NCBI GenBank assembly: GCA_042217585.1
Contig: JBDGSJ010000007.1
Location: forward strand, 1-30,475
Direction: 5' to 3'
DNA from: Candidatus Nanohaloarchaea archaeon
Lineage (GTDB): Archaea; Nanohalarchaeota; Nanosalinia; Nanosalinales; Nanosalinaceae
Length of the DNA stretch: 30,475 nucleotides
A model generated the notes under the pieces. That model had not been told where the DNA came from, did no database searches, and was given only the letters and a program-made list of their open reading frames with translations. The position numbers and the translations under genes are program-made. This document shows positions 17,528 through 26,802 of the stretch, piece after piece. Positions within the stretch are counted from its first letter, which is position 1; every line of letters begins with the position of its first letter.

Positions 17528-18292
17528 GTGGATCCATTCGATGAACCGGGTCAGGACGGGGAAAGAGAGTTTGAGACTCTTGATTCACCGTTCACAGATA
17601 TAACTGAAGCCCTCGACTTCACTGAGAGCGGTCTAGAATCCATCGAGAGGGAACTGGGATACGGCAGAGGAGAGTTCCTCGGTGAGGCGTTTGACAGGGT
17701 GGAAAGGACTGAATTCGAACGGGGAGCTGGCTCGTGGACCTCCGCCGCTGTCCAGATGAGGGACGGCGATGTCACGCTGCTCTACGAACACGATATCACC
17801 CGGGAGACGATGGCGCACGAGGGGGTCCACGGTAAGATGAAGCAACCCGACGGAGAGGTCGACCTGCCGGGTGATGACCTCTACGAGCAGTCAGTCTACG
17901 AGGAGTTTGTCGCACGGATAGCGGAAAACCTCGTCGGGACCGATAACGTCTACGAGGAGGAGATAGAAAGGCTCCGTGAGGACCGCGAAGATTACTTCGA
18001 GAAGAGAGAGGAGGCGGATCGTCTCGGAGATTTCACAGGTCTGTACGGCGACCTCGTGGAGATCGAAGCGATGGATGGAGAGGAAGGAGATAAGCTCTAC
18101 GGGGCGATAGAGTCATACCAGGAGAGGAGGGAGAACGTCCTCGCTGGCGTGGCGGCGGACCGCTACACTGACAGGCACTCCGTGGACGTGAAGGAGTTCA
18201 TAGACCCGGATGAAGAGGTCTACAGAGAAGCCGTGGATTTCATCGAGGAGGTCGAGAGAGAACTCCACTCAGACGACCGATTTCCGGTTTAG
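17528..18292 (+). CDS. Putative zinc metallopeptidase (HEXXH, gluzincin-like)
   Basis: TMAHEGVHG followed about 20 aa later by EEFVA. Confidence 0.65.
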   Translation: MDPFDEPGQDGEREFETLDSPFTDITEALDFTESGLESIERELGYGRGEFLGEAFDRVERTEFERGAGSWTSAAVQMRDGDVTLLYEHDITRETMAHEGVHGKMKQPDGEVDLPGDDLYEQSVYEEFVARIAENLVGTDNVYEEEIERLREDREDYFEKREEADRLGDFTGLYGDLVEIEAMDGEEGDKLYGAIESYQERRENVLAGVAADRYTDRHSVDVKEFIDPDEEVYREAVDFIEEVERELHSDDRFPV

Positions 18293-18296
18293 AGAA

Positions 18297-18350
18297 GTCC
18301 TGAACCGTTCAGGACCGTCCAGGCGGACCGGAAGAAGGCCTTTTCCCGGT
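18297..18350. other. Cluster of inverted repeats downstream of the HEXXH gene
   Basis: GTCCTGAA-CCG-TTCAGGAC (18297-18315) and near-palindrome ACCGGAAGAAGGCCTTTTCCCGGT (18327-18350). Confidence 0.5.
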
Positions 18351-18512
18351 TCAAACGCTGGAAGGCCGAGAGGTCCATCGCTTGAAATCCTGGAAACCAT
18401 AGAGACCGGTTGAGGACCGAATAATGGCTTTTCAAACGTTAAACCTGTAAAATTCAGGCGAAAATAAAGTCGCGAGGGATTCAAGATAGGACTGTACGAC
18501 AAAGCGAAGGAG

Positions 18513-19094
18513 GTGGATGACTATCTTTCGGAGTCAGAAAAGTTCTACAGCCTGAAGAAGTTCCTGGACAGGTTACTGCCTCTTGTGATTATCGTCCTGA
18601 TGGGGGTCCTGTACCTGGAGTTCTTCGTCCATCTCACACATCACCAGCACAAGCTGGTCCTGATGATTGAGAGGGGGATACTCGGATACTTTCTGCTGGA
18701 GCTTCTCGTGGACCTGGGCGTTTACAGGAACAACAGGAAGTTCCTGAGGCACAGGCGGATGGACATAATGCTGGTTTTGCCGTTCTTTACGGTGTTCCGC
18801 GGGGTCACCAGGGCGCTGAGAGGTTTGAAGATGCTCAAGCCGTTCAAGCCGACTAAGTCAGTCAAGGGGACCAAGGCGGTGAAGAGCGTCAAGGCCAGCA
18901 AGGTCGCCAGAGCCGCCAGGTCGACCCGGGCTCTGAGAAGGATAGAAGAGGGTTTCAGGGCCGTGGCCAGGTGGCCTCCCGACTTCCAGCACACGACGAA
19001 GGCCCTCAAGAAGTCCAGGGAGATAATCCGGGAGTTCGACATGGGTTTCGACAGGCTGGTCAGCAGGGCCCGGAGACTGGTCCGCGCCGAGTGA
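18513..19094 (+). CDS. Ion-transport voltage-sensor-like (S1-S4) protein without pore domain
   Basis: S2 YFLLELLVD, S3 DIMLVLPF, S4 RALRGLKMLK...; no S5-P-S6 or GYG filter. The frame stays open upstream to 18468. Confidence 0.75.
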   Translation: MDDYLSESEKFYSLKKFLDRLLPLVIIVLMGVLYLEFFVHLTHHQHKLVLMIERGILGYFLLELLVDLGVYRNNRKFLRHRRMDIMLVLPFFTVFRGVTRALRGLKMLKPFKPTKSVKGTKAVKSVKASKVARAARSTRALRRIEEGFRAVARWPPDFQHTTKALKKSREIIREFDMGFDRLVSRARRLVRAE

Positions 19095-19511
19095 TCAGCT
19101 CCCAAGATCGCTGTGGAGTTCGTTCAGGTCCTCTATCAGATCTCTGGCGGCCTCCCTCCTCTCACCTGACTGTTCCCTGAACTCGGAGATGACCTCCTCC
19201 CCGTAACCGGAGTCTATCCGGGAGTAGAGTTCGATTATGTCGTCGAGTATCCCAGAGTCCTCCCCCTTTACGAGGTAGTTCACGCCGTCCGGTCCTGTTT
19301 TCAGGACGACCTCCAGTGATTCTGACCGGGCAATGAACTCCCTGCCTGCTTCATCTATCCTATCAAGGAATTTCGGTGGGCTCAGGACTTCGGGACCGTC
19401 TTTTTCCTCATCGATCTTCCGGACCATCCAGTCTTGCCCTTCCCTTATCTCCGCGTAGTCCTTCAGGGCCATCTTCATGATTTCCGGGTCCTCCGGTCCT
19501 CCCTCAGCCAT
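19095..19511 (-). CDS. Acidic hypothetical protein
   Basis: 138-aa ATG ORF overlapping the sdpI-like stop. Confidence 0.7.
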   Translation of the reverse strand: MAEGGPEDPEIMKMALKDYAEIREGQDWMVRKIDEEKDGPEVLSPPKFLDRIDEAGREFIARSESLEVVLKTGPDGVNYLVKGEDSGILDDIIELYSRIDSGYGEEVISEFREQSGERREAARDLIEDLNELHSDLGS

Positions 19512-20142
19512 CCTGGCTCTCCTCCCTGTAGAGCAGGTAGGAGTATATGGTTGAGCCGACGGCTACCAGTACGGCCGGACCTCCGTAGATCAGCGCCCCC
19601 TTCTCCGGGAACAGGAAACCCAGTAGGGATAGCAGTCCGGCGGCCTTCAGTACAGGACCGAACTTTCCGTGGACCCTGTCCCATACCTCGTCGCTACTGA
19701 GTGTCCAAGGGTTCCTTATTCCTATGAACCAGTTCCTCTCCGATCTCTGTATCAGTTCTCCCGTTACGTAATACGTCGAGAAGATTATCGGCACCAGCAT
19801 ATAGGATATTCCATACCTGAATCCGATGTTCCAGAGGACGATCATCACCTGTGCGTACGCCAGCACCGAGAGTATGAGGACCTTCAACAGTTCGTAAACC
19901 TCCCTGAAATCCTCGTAGTTATCTCCCAGGGGATCTATCTCCGGCAGGTACCTGAAAAGCAAGTAGATCAGGACCGCCAGTCCCGGTATCAGCGTCAGGC
20001 CCGGGACCACTCCCATGTATGAGTCCGGCGACCCGCTGGTGAAGTGGACCGCCACCCTGCCCGTGATTTTCGTCAGGCCGTAAACAGTGGCCAGCGTCAT
20101 AACACTGAAGATGCCGGCCGATGCGTACTCGTACCTGTCCAT
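19504..20142 (-). CDS. SdpI/YfhL family membrane protein (DUF1648 N-terminus)
   Basis: VAVHF...PDSY, IDPLGDNY, RNWFIGIRNPWTLSSDEVWDRVH. Confidence 0.93.
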   Translation of the reverse strand: MDRYEYASAGIFSVMTLATVYGLTKITGRVAVHFTSGSPDSYMGVVPGLTLIPGLAVLIYLLFRYLPEIDPLGDNYEDFREVYELLKVLILSVLAYAQVMIVLWNIGFRYGISYMLVPIIFSTYYVTGELIQRSERNWFIGIRNPWTLSSDEVWDRVHGKFGPVLKAAGLLSLLGFLFPEKGALIYGGPAVLVAVGSTIYSYLLYREESQDG

Positions 20143-20218
20143 ACATCCCGGTTTAATCTACGGAAGATTATTACCTTTTCCCAGTCACTTTAAATCCGGA
20201 GGACCAGAAGATTGATCC

Positions 20219-20452
20219 ATGGAGATACCTGGAGAGCAGCTGAAGTATGGTTCTGGGACCGGTCTTGGACTGCTTATCTCGGGATGGGCTGCCAGCGCCT
20301 CGTACTGGCGAGGTTACATGTCGGCCAATCCTGAAGTCGGAACGGTCTCCGGCGGCTCGCCAGTGATCGTGGCGGCTCTTTTTGTCCTCGGGATAGTCCT
20401 GGCGCAGTTCTCATTCATCAGGGCTCTTGAGGAGTCGGAGATTGCTTCCTAG
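20219..20452 (+). CDS. Small two-TM membrane protein
   Basis: 77 aa, two hydrophobic helices, TTTAAA about 25 nt upstream. Confidence 0.7.
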   Translation: MEIPGEQLKYGSGTGLGLLISGWAASASYWRGYMSANPEVGTVSGGSPVIVAALFVLGIVLAQFSFIRALEESEIAS

Positions 20453-20991
20453 CTCGGAAGTGTGGCGAAGGGTTCAGGCGAGTTGTTGACGAAGCTCCTG
20501 ATATAGTTCTCTATCCTGGTCTCGTTGTACTTTTCCAACTTCATCAGCCTCCCCCACGAAGCCACGGCTATCCTGGCGTCGTTCTCCGGCCTCTTCGTGA
20601 CTATCAGGGCGCCGGAGTATTTCTGCGCCAGGTCCTTAAGTTCTGCCCGGGTCTCCGACGAGATGTTGCGGTAACTTATCCATACCTGTCCGTGCTCAAG
20701 GTTGTGGACCAGTCTCTCCTCCGGTATCTCTCTGCTGTAGAAACCTCTCGTCGCAGGTCTCATGTAGTGGGGTCCTGACGTGGGAGGGTTCGAGTTGTAG
20801 GAGTCATGTTTTTCGCCCACGGAGATGTGGGTCCGCCCCATAACCTCGACATGATGGCCCAGTGAGGAGTTCGCAGGCGTGGTCCTATCCCCGTTTCCGC
20901 CCCCGAGTACCACTGCTGTCAATCCTATTCCTGCCACGGCCAGCCCGATGGCCGCGACCTTCCTGTAGTCCTCTCTGTTCATATGGTCCAC
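20449..20991 (-). CDS. DUF3105 domain membrane-anchored protein
   Basis: YNSNPPTSGPHY, LVHNLEHGQVWISY, IAVASWG. Confidence 0.92.
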   Translation of the reverse strand: MDHMNREDYRKVAAIGLAVAGIGLTAVVLGGGNGDRTTPANSSLGHHVEVMGRTHISVGEKHDSYNSNPPTSGPHYMRPATRGFYSREIPEERLVHNLEHGQVWISYRNISSETRAELKDLAQKYSGALIVTKRPENDARIAVASWGRLMKLEKYNETRIENYIRSFVNNSPEPFATLPS

Positions 20992-21006
20992 GTGGACCGG
21001 AGATTG

Positions 21007-21291
21007 TTAAGTGTCTTCGGAACTGGTTCTGTCGCCGGTCAGTTCAAGCCAGAGGAGCAGTGAACCTGTGCCCACCGCCACGGCCGCTGTAGCCATGGAC
21101 AGGTTCCGTACCATGAGACCGGTCGGACCGCCCATGGCCCGGGAGAGATCCGGGAGATGTGGCAGCATGAGTCCGGTCGCCAGCAGGACCAGCGAAACCG
21201 GGCTGAACCTCCTGTCTCTGAGGTAGGCAAGGAGGACCCCGGAGACACAGGCCAGCGAAACGGCGAACCCGACCGTGAATACGCCTGCCAT
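21007..21291 (-). CDS. Small three-TM membrane protein
   Basis: 94-aa hydrophobic ATG ORF. Confidence 0.65.
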   Translation of the reverse strand: MAGVFTVGFAVSLACVSGVLLAYLRDRRFSPVSLVLLATGLMLPHLPDLSRAMGGPTGLMVRNLSMATAAVAVGTGSLLLWLELTGDRTSSEDT

Positions 21292-21339
21292 ACGTTCCCG
21301 TAAGAGGCCCTTTTCTCTTATCTCTTCTAGTAGAAAGGT

Positions 21340-21807
21340 CTAATCCAGTGCCTTCGCCAGCGCCGAGAGACTTTCGAATACTATCTTTCCCCCGGCTCTC
21401 GCAAGGCCGAAACCTGCCACGCCTGCCCCGGCGACGATGTTTGCCACCGCCTTCTCCCCCTCAGAAGGGCCTGAGAGATCTCTGACCGGCTCCCAACCGT
21501 CCTCTTCAACGTCTGTCTCCTGGAGCCTTCTCCCCATGACCTGGTACCTCGGAGCCCCGTATTCCTCCTCCAGGTCATCCGGATCAGCGCCTGTCATCAC
21601 ACGTGCAGTCCCTGATTCGTGGTCGAGGAGGACCTCGGCTTCCTCCCTCTCCAGCGACTCCCTGCAGCTCTCCCACGAGCCACATCCTTCTCCCATTCCG
21701 GATCCGGTGTAACTGTCCTTCACCCAGCGGCGGAACCGGTCCAGTCCTTGGTATCCCTCTGGCTCCATCCCGTAATCCGGGAGATATTCCGGGTTCTCCG
21801 AATCCAT
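21340..21807 (-). CDS. Hypothetical protein with Gly/Ala-rich C-terminal helix
   Basis: 155-aa acidic ORF; TTAAA about 27 nt upstream. Confidence 0.7.
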   Translation of the reverse strand: MDSENPEYLPDYGMEPEGYQGLDRFRRWVKDSYTGSGMGEGCGSWESCRESLEREEAEVLLDHESGTARVMTGADPDDLEEEYGAPRYQVMGRRLQETDVEEDGWEPVRDLSGPSEGEKAVANIVAGAGVAGFGLARAGGKIVFESLSALAKALD

Positions 21808-21875
21808 CTGGTTCAGGAGGAGGACCCAAGAGCTTTAACAGGTCCTGTTGAAGAGGGATGAACAGGACCCCTCTC

Positions 21876-23045
21876 TCAGAGAGGGATCCTGCCCCGGAAG
21901 ATGTACAGGAGGGCGACGAGGCCTACGAGAACCCCTGCCGCGGGGATAAGGGGAGGTCCTCCGGCGTTACCTCCCTGCCGCACCCTCAGGTCCACGACTT
22001 TCTGCTCCACGAATACTTCTCCATCCCTGTTTCCGGTTATCTCGAAGTCCATCAGGTACTCCTTCACTGAAGCACCGGGCTCGACAGAGGGATTGAAGAC
22101 CACGGTGCCCGTCGCTCCCGGTTTCAGGGTGCCTATGAACCTGGCGGCGGATGAAAAGCTGAAGGGAAGGTCCGAGTTCTCCAGGACCCTCACCCTGGTC
22201 GATTCAGACCTCTCCGAACCCGTGTTCCTTATCTTCATCCTTATCACTCCCTCGGACCCGGTCTGAAGGTCTGCTGTCACGTTCACCACGCTGAACTGAG
22301 GTTTCCCGTCGACCTTTAGCTGGAAATCCTCGCTGATCTCTCCCTCCGTGTCTGAGTGGTTGGCGGTTACTCTGAACGTTTTCATACCTGCCGAAACGTT
22401 CTCACTTATGTCAAAGCTGAACGAAACCGGCTTTACCTGGCCCGGAGCCAGGTTCCCGAGGGACTGGCGTGTCGCAAAGGAGCTCTGACTGGTGAAGCCT
22501 TCCGGGGGCTCCATCCTGACGATGACGTTCTCGGCTGTTTCATCGCCGTTGTTCACTATCTCTACCGTCAGCCGGTTCTCTTCCGAGCCCGGCATCAGGG
22601 AGGATGGGCTGGTCCTCAGGTTGGCGACACTGAGGTCCACTTTCTGGTTCGCGATATCGATGGTGAGGTGCTCTTGCCGGAAGTCGTCGCCCTTGCCGAT
22701 CCGGTAGAGGAACTTCGCCTCCCCCTCAGGCGCGTTCTCCGCCACGAGGACCTCAGGTGAGAGCTGGAACCGGTCCGCCGGGTGGATCGTCCCTAGTTCG
22801 AACCTCGTCTTCTGGTCCGGCTTTATCTGGAACGGGTAGCTTCCGACCAGCTCCACGGTCACGTTTTCAAACTCCTGGTCTCCCATGTGCTTCAGCTCGA
22901 TGAATATCTCTGCTTCCTCACCCGCCTGTACCGGAAAGGGGTCGGTCTGTGAGAATACCTTGAACTCGTTGGCCGGGTGTGCGGCCGTAGCGAATGCTGT
23001 AAGTGCGATAAATGCGGTCAAAAATGCTGTGAGTTTGTGTTTCAT
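21876..23045 (-). CDS. COG1361 S-layer-domain family protein
   Basis: Signal peptide, QTDPFPVQAGE, repeated Ig-like units (NNGDETAENV, LGNLAPG, IGTLKPG), C-terminal TM anchor. Confidence 0.88.
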   Translation of the reverse strand: MKHKLTAFLTAFIALTAFATAAHPANEFKVFSQTDPFPVQAGEEAEIFIELKHMGDQEFENVTVELVGSYPFQIKPDQKTRFELGTIHPADRFQLSPEVLVAENAPEGEAKFLYRIGKGDDFRQEHLTIDIANQKVDLSVANLRTSPSSLMPGSEENRLTVEIVNNGDETAENVIVRMEPPEGFTSQSSFATRQSLGNLAPGQVKPVSFSFDISENVSAGMKTFRVTANHSDTEGEISEDFQLKVDGKPQFSVVNVTADLQTGSEGVIRMKIRNTGSERSESTRVRVLENSDLPFSFSSAARFIGTLKPGATGTVVFNPSVEPGASVKEYLMDFEITGNRDGEVFVEQKVVDLRVRQGGNAGGPPLIPAAGVLVGLVALLYIFRGRIPL

Positions 23046-24190
23046 ACTGTTTTCACCTCTAGTATCTTTTTCACGGCCGGAGTTACGTACCTGTCGTGGA
23101 TTATCAGGGTCGAGGGTATAACGGTGAAAGCGGCGACGTATGCGAGGGAGGTCGTCAGGGAAAGCATGATGCCGAGCGATGAGAGGAAAGTTATCCTTCC
23201 CAGGCTCAGCGTCGAGAAGCCCATGACTGCTGCGATAACTCCCAGCGTCATCGGCCGCGCCACCCCCTTTATCGTGGTCGAGAGCGCCTCCTCCATGCCG
23301 AGGTCCCGGCGCTCCTCACGGTAACGGGACACCGGCTGTATCCCGAAGTCTATAGCTATCCCCACTCCGATAGATATGGCGCCCGATGTCGCGGGGCTCA
23401 GGTTGAAGCCGAGCAGTCCGAATGTCCCGAAACCTGCCGCGATGCCGAAGACGAGTGTCTGGAGCGACGCAAAACCGAAGAAGAAGGACCTGAAAAGCCC
23501 TATGACTATCACGAGGACCAGGCTGAAGGCGACGATGCTGGTCACCCTGCTGGTCTGCTGGGCCTGCTCCTGGAACGCCTGGTCGATGAAAGGCTGACCT
23601 GTCAGGGAGTACTCTATACCTGCCGGAGAAGCCTGAGACTCTATCACATATCTTATCCGGTCCGCAAGCCTGTTCTCTTCCCGGGCGCTCAGTCCCCCCG
23701 CCTGTACCTCTATCCTCGCCGCAGAGTAATCCCTGGATATATACCTGCTCCACCTGCTCTCTCCCAGGCGGTCCATGGCCCTCTTCACTCCCTTCTTTGC
23801 GGGCGGTATCTCCCTGAACAGGTCCGCGGGGGAGTCCACCGAATCCACTCCTCTCAGGCCTGAGAGGTCCGCATCGATCGTCCTCATGTACCGGAGGGCT
23901 CGCGGAGACCTCATATCCCTTATCTCCGTGCTGTCGGGATAGTCCGGGTCCGTCACAAGCAGTATGGTGTATGTCGTCCCTCCTGTGGAACTGAACTCCT
24001 TCTCCAGCACGTCGAAAGCCTGTATCGATTCAAACGTTTCTGGCAGGAAGTCGGAGGTGCTCTGCTCCACGGTCTGGACCTTTGTCGCTCCTGATGCCAG
24101 GACCAGAGTCAGGAGAAGCGCGACCCCGAAGACCAGCAGGGGTCTCTCCACCACTACCTCCGAGTACTTCTCCACGAACCTATCTATCAT
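23042..24190 (-). CDS. MMPL/RND family transporter half-unit
   Basis: TM1 + extracytoplasmic loop + LTGQP + five TMs, GIAIDFG; ATG 24190 after SD GGAGGTGG. Confidence 0.9.
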   Translation of the reverse strand: MIDRFVEKYSEVVVERPLLVFGVALLLTLVLASGATKVQTVEQSTSDFLPETFESIQAFDVLEKEFSSTGGTTYTILLVTDPDYPDSTEIRDMRSPRALRYMRTIDADLSGLRGVDSVDSPADLFREIPPAKKGVKRAMDRLGESRWSRYISRDYSAARIEVQAGGLSAREENRLADRIRYVIESQASPAGIEYSLTGQPFIDQAFQEQAQQTSRVTSIVAFSLVLVIVIGLFRSFFFGFASLQTLVFGIAAGFGTFGLLGFNLSPATSGAISIGVGIAIDFGIQPVSRYREERRDLGMEEALSTTIKGVARPMTLGVIAAVMGFSTLSLGRITFLSSLGIMLSLTTSLAYVAAFTVIPSTLIIHDRYVTPAVKKILEVKTV

Positions 24191-25271
24191 CTTTCCACCT
24201 CCTGTACTCGATGATAAGTGAAGGAGTGACCACAAGAGCGGAGCTGACCGTCAGGAACTCTCCCAGAGCCAGGGTCACTCCCAGGTCCCGGATGAAAGTG
24301 AAGGATGCCAGCAGTAACGCGAGGAAACCGACGCCATCTGTCATCGCGGACCCCACGATAGCCTTTCCGGTGTTCGGGACCGCGGTCCTGAGTGCCGCCT
24401 CCGGACTCTTCTCCTCCATCTCCTCTATTATCCTCTCGGTTATGAAGGACCCGTACTCGACTCCCAGTCCCAGTATCATCGAACCGAGTGATATCGTCGC
24501 GAACGACAGCGGTATGCCGAAGTGTCCCATGAAGCCGAGAGTCCATATCAATCCCATGAAGAGCGGGACAAAGGTTATCGGTCCGTAAACTGCTCCGCGG
24601 GAAAATATCAGCAGGATCAGTATGAGCGCCGAGGCCGCAGCTATTGTCGTGTAAGAGTCGCTGACAAGAACGCTGGAGATCGTGTTACGGACCACCGGCA
24701 ACCCTGTAAGGGTCAGCTTCACGCCGGGAGGCTTCGGCACCTGCTCGATGTTCTCCTCTATCATCGTTGTGGCCTGGGCGATGTTCTCCTCTGTCATCTC
24801 TCCCTTCAGGCGGACGAAAACGGTCGTCGCGGTGTAGTCCCGGTTCAGGAAAGAACCTCTTGAACTTCTGAGTACTTTCTTGACCTCTCTCTTCGAATCC
24901 GGATTCTCCCTGAAAAGCGAGCCCATGGAGTTCACCGAGGACACCATCGGTTCACGGTCCAGCTCCCTCTCCAGTGAGTTCAGCATCTCCACCACACGAG
25001 GGTCCCTCATATCCGTTACATAGCTCTCCTCCCTGCGGTCCTCAGTCGTCTGGACCAGCACTATTATCGAGTTCGTGTTCCCGAACTTCGCCTCGACCCT
25101 CTCTTTCGTCATTATAGGGGGTAGGTCGTCCGGGAGGCTGGCCTGGAAATCCGTCTGGAGCTGTATATCAGGTATACCGGAACCCAGGACGACGGTCAGG
25201 ACCAGGGATGCCAGAAGCACCGTGCGCGTGTTACCTAGCTGGAACTCCGCCAGTGCCTCAAGTGGGTTCAC
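24180..25271 (-). CDS. MMPL/RND family transporter half-unit
   Basis: Same topology, LTGLP, GLGVEYG, GFLALL. GTG 25271 lies about 24 nt after TTTAAA (TTG 25286 is an alternative start). Confidence 0.9.
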   Translation of the reverse strand: MNPLEALAEFQLGNTRTVLLASLVLTVVLGSGIPDIQLQTDFQASLPDDLPPIMTKERVEAKFGNTNSIIVLVQTTEDRREESYVTDMRDPRVVEMLNSLERELDREPMVSSVNSMGSLFRENPDSKREVKKVLRSSRGSFLNRDYTATTVFVRLKGEMTEENIAQATTMIEENIEQVPKPPGVKLTLTGLPVVRNTISSVLVSDSYTTIAAASALILILLIFSRGAVYGPITFVPLFMGLIWTLGFMGHFGIPLSFATISLGSMILGLGVEYGSFITERIIEEMEEKSPEAALRTAVPNTGKAIVGSAMTDGVGFLALLLASFTFIRDLGVTLALGEFLTVSSALVVTPSLIIEYRRWKDDR

Positions 25272-25302
25272 TGGTAGGATACTCAATCCCCAGCTTTAAA
25301 TC

Positions 25303-25320
25303 ACTGAATGCTCGTTCAGT
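25303..25320. promoter_or_regulatory. Candidate TetR operator ACTGAA-N6-TTCAGT
   Basis: Perfect 6-bp inverted repeat next to the TTTAAA (25295-25300) of the RND operon, between divergent genes. Confidence 0.65.
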
Positions 25321-25364
25321 TCCGCGGTTAACAGTTAAATGATTGACAGCTAAAATCCTGAAGT

Positions 25365-25910
25365 ATGGGCAACGACGAAACCAGAAGGAAAATAATGGAC
25401 GCGACCTTCGAGGCGCTGAAGAAGCACGGCTACGCGGACCTCTCGATAAAGAAGATAGCCGATGAGTTCGAGAAAGGCAAATCCCTGATATACTACCACT
25501 TCGATGACAAGGAGGACCTGATGCTGAACTTCCTGGACCACATACAGGACCAGATAAGGTCCGGGCTGGAGAGCGAATCGTCGGAGCCTGAGGAGAAACT
25601 TGAGTGCTTCCTGAGGACGGGTCTCGGACTTGACGAGGAGATGAGAGAGTTCAGGATCGCCCTTCTTGAGATGAAGGCCAGGGCGCCCTACAGCGCCGAG
25701 TTCAGGGAGAAGTTCCGTGAGATAGATGACGAACTCTCGGGGTTCCTCCGGCAGATACTGGAGGAGATGGGGATCGAGGACCCGGAGGAGGAGTCACAGG
25801 TGGTGCTGTCGACTATAGAGGGAGCCGCGAACCGGGGTATAGTCGCGGAACGGACCGGCGAACTCGAGGAAGCCAGGAAGTGGATAAAGGGCTATCTGGA
25901 GGAAAGGTGA
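25365..25910 (+). CDS. TetR/AcrR family transcriptional regulator
   Basis: HGYADLSIKKIADEFEKGKSLIYYHFDDKEDL. Confidence 0.96.
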   Translation: MGNDETRRKIMDATFEALKKHGYADLSIKKIADEFEKGKSLIYYHFDDKEDLMLNFLDHIQDQIRSGLESESSEPEEKLECFLRTGLGLDEEMREFRIALLEMKARAPYSAEFREKFREIDDELSGFLRQILEEMGIEDPEEESQVVLSTIEGAANRGIVAERTGELEEARKWIKGYLEER

Positions 25911-25953
25911 ATCCTGAGAGGGATTTAAATTCAGGAATGTCGAAAAATGTTTC

Positions 25954-26434
25954 ATTGTCCACGAGGACGAGAAGGCACCGGATTTCACAGGTTGCTACGC
26001 CGATGACCTGGAAGAGTTCCAGCTGAGTTAGGAGGTCGAGCTTCGGACCGCTGGTGCTGGCTTTCTTCCCCGCAGCTTTCTCACCTCCATGCACCAACGA
26101 GATGATATTTTTCCAGGACCAGCTCGAGGAGTTCAGGGATGCGGGGGCAAGGATCCTGGGAATCAGCGTCGACTCGCCCTTCGTCCTCCAGAAGTTCAGA
26201 GAATCAGAGGGCTTCGACTTCCCGCTCGTAAGCGATACATCCGCGGAATCAGTCCGGGCATACGGTATAGAGACCGACCTGGAGGACATAGGTCTCCACG
26301 GGGTGGCGAAGAGGTCCGTGTTCGTGGTGGACTCCGGGGGAGAGATCACCTACAGCTGGAAGGCGGAGGACAGCACGGAGAAATGCCATGACGAGGTCCT
26401 CCAGGTCCTGCGCCACGTCAGGGAAAACTACTGA
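25954..26434 (+). pseudogene. Peroxiredoxin (AhpC/TSA, BCP/AhpE-like), disrupted
   Basis: Frame 1 IVHEDEKAPDFTGCYADDLEEFQLS*EVE (TAG at 26029) shifts to frame 2 FGPLVLAFFPAAFSPPCTNEM...GISVDS...KRSVFVVD; no in-frame ATG. Confidence 0.8.
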
Positions 26435-26474
26435 GAACTCCGGAATTTAAAGGTTCACACATCCAAAACCAGTT

Positions 26475-26750
26475 ATGGACCAGGAGATGTCCCGGGAGGA
26501 GCGCGAGACCCTCCACAAATGGGGGAAGGCCCGGAAGATAATAGACGAGAAACGGATAGAGGCCACGCTCGAATCCGGGGACCGGTACCAGTTCCGTATA
26601 GAGGGAGACTCGGACACCTACGAGGTAGGCGTCGACATAGACACCGGCGAAACCTTCTGTCCCTGCCCGTTCACCGGCGACACATGCTCCCACCAGATCG
26701 CCGCCCACCTGTACCTCGCAGGCATCGGCGTCGAGAACCCCTACTTCTGA
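26475..26750 (+). CDS. SWIM zinc finger protein
   Basis: TYEV...FCPCPFTGDTCSHQIAA (CxC-xn-CxH). Confidence 0.9.
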   Translation: MDQEMSREERETLHKWGKARKIIDEKRIEATLESGDRYQFRIEGDSDTYEVGVDIDTGETFCPCPFTGDTCSHQIAAHLYLAGIGVENPYF

Positions 26751-26802
26751 CGCACCGAGAACTTCGACAAAGTTTAAACCGCCCCGACAGACATGAAATA
26801 AT

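Noticed and set aside
26029..26031. Pyrrolysine/amber readthrough in the peroxiredoxin
   Set aside because: A frameshift and missing ATG accompany it, and TAG is used as a normal stop elsewhere (cdc6, pepF)
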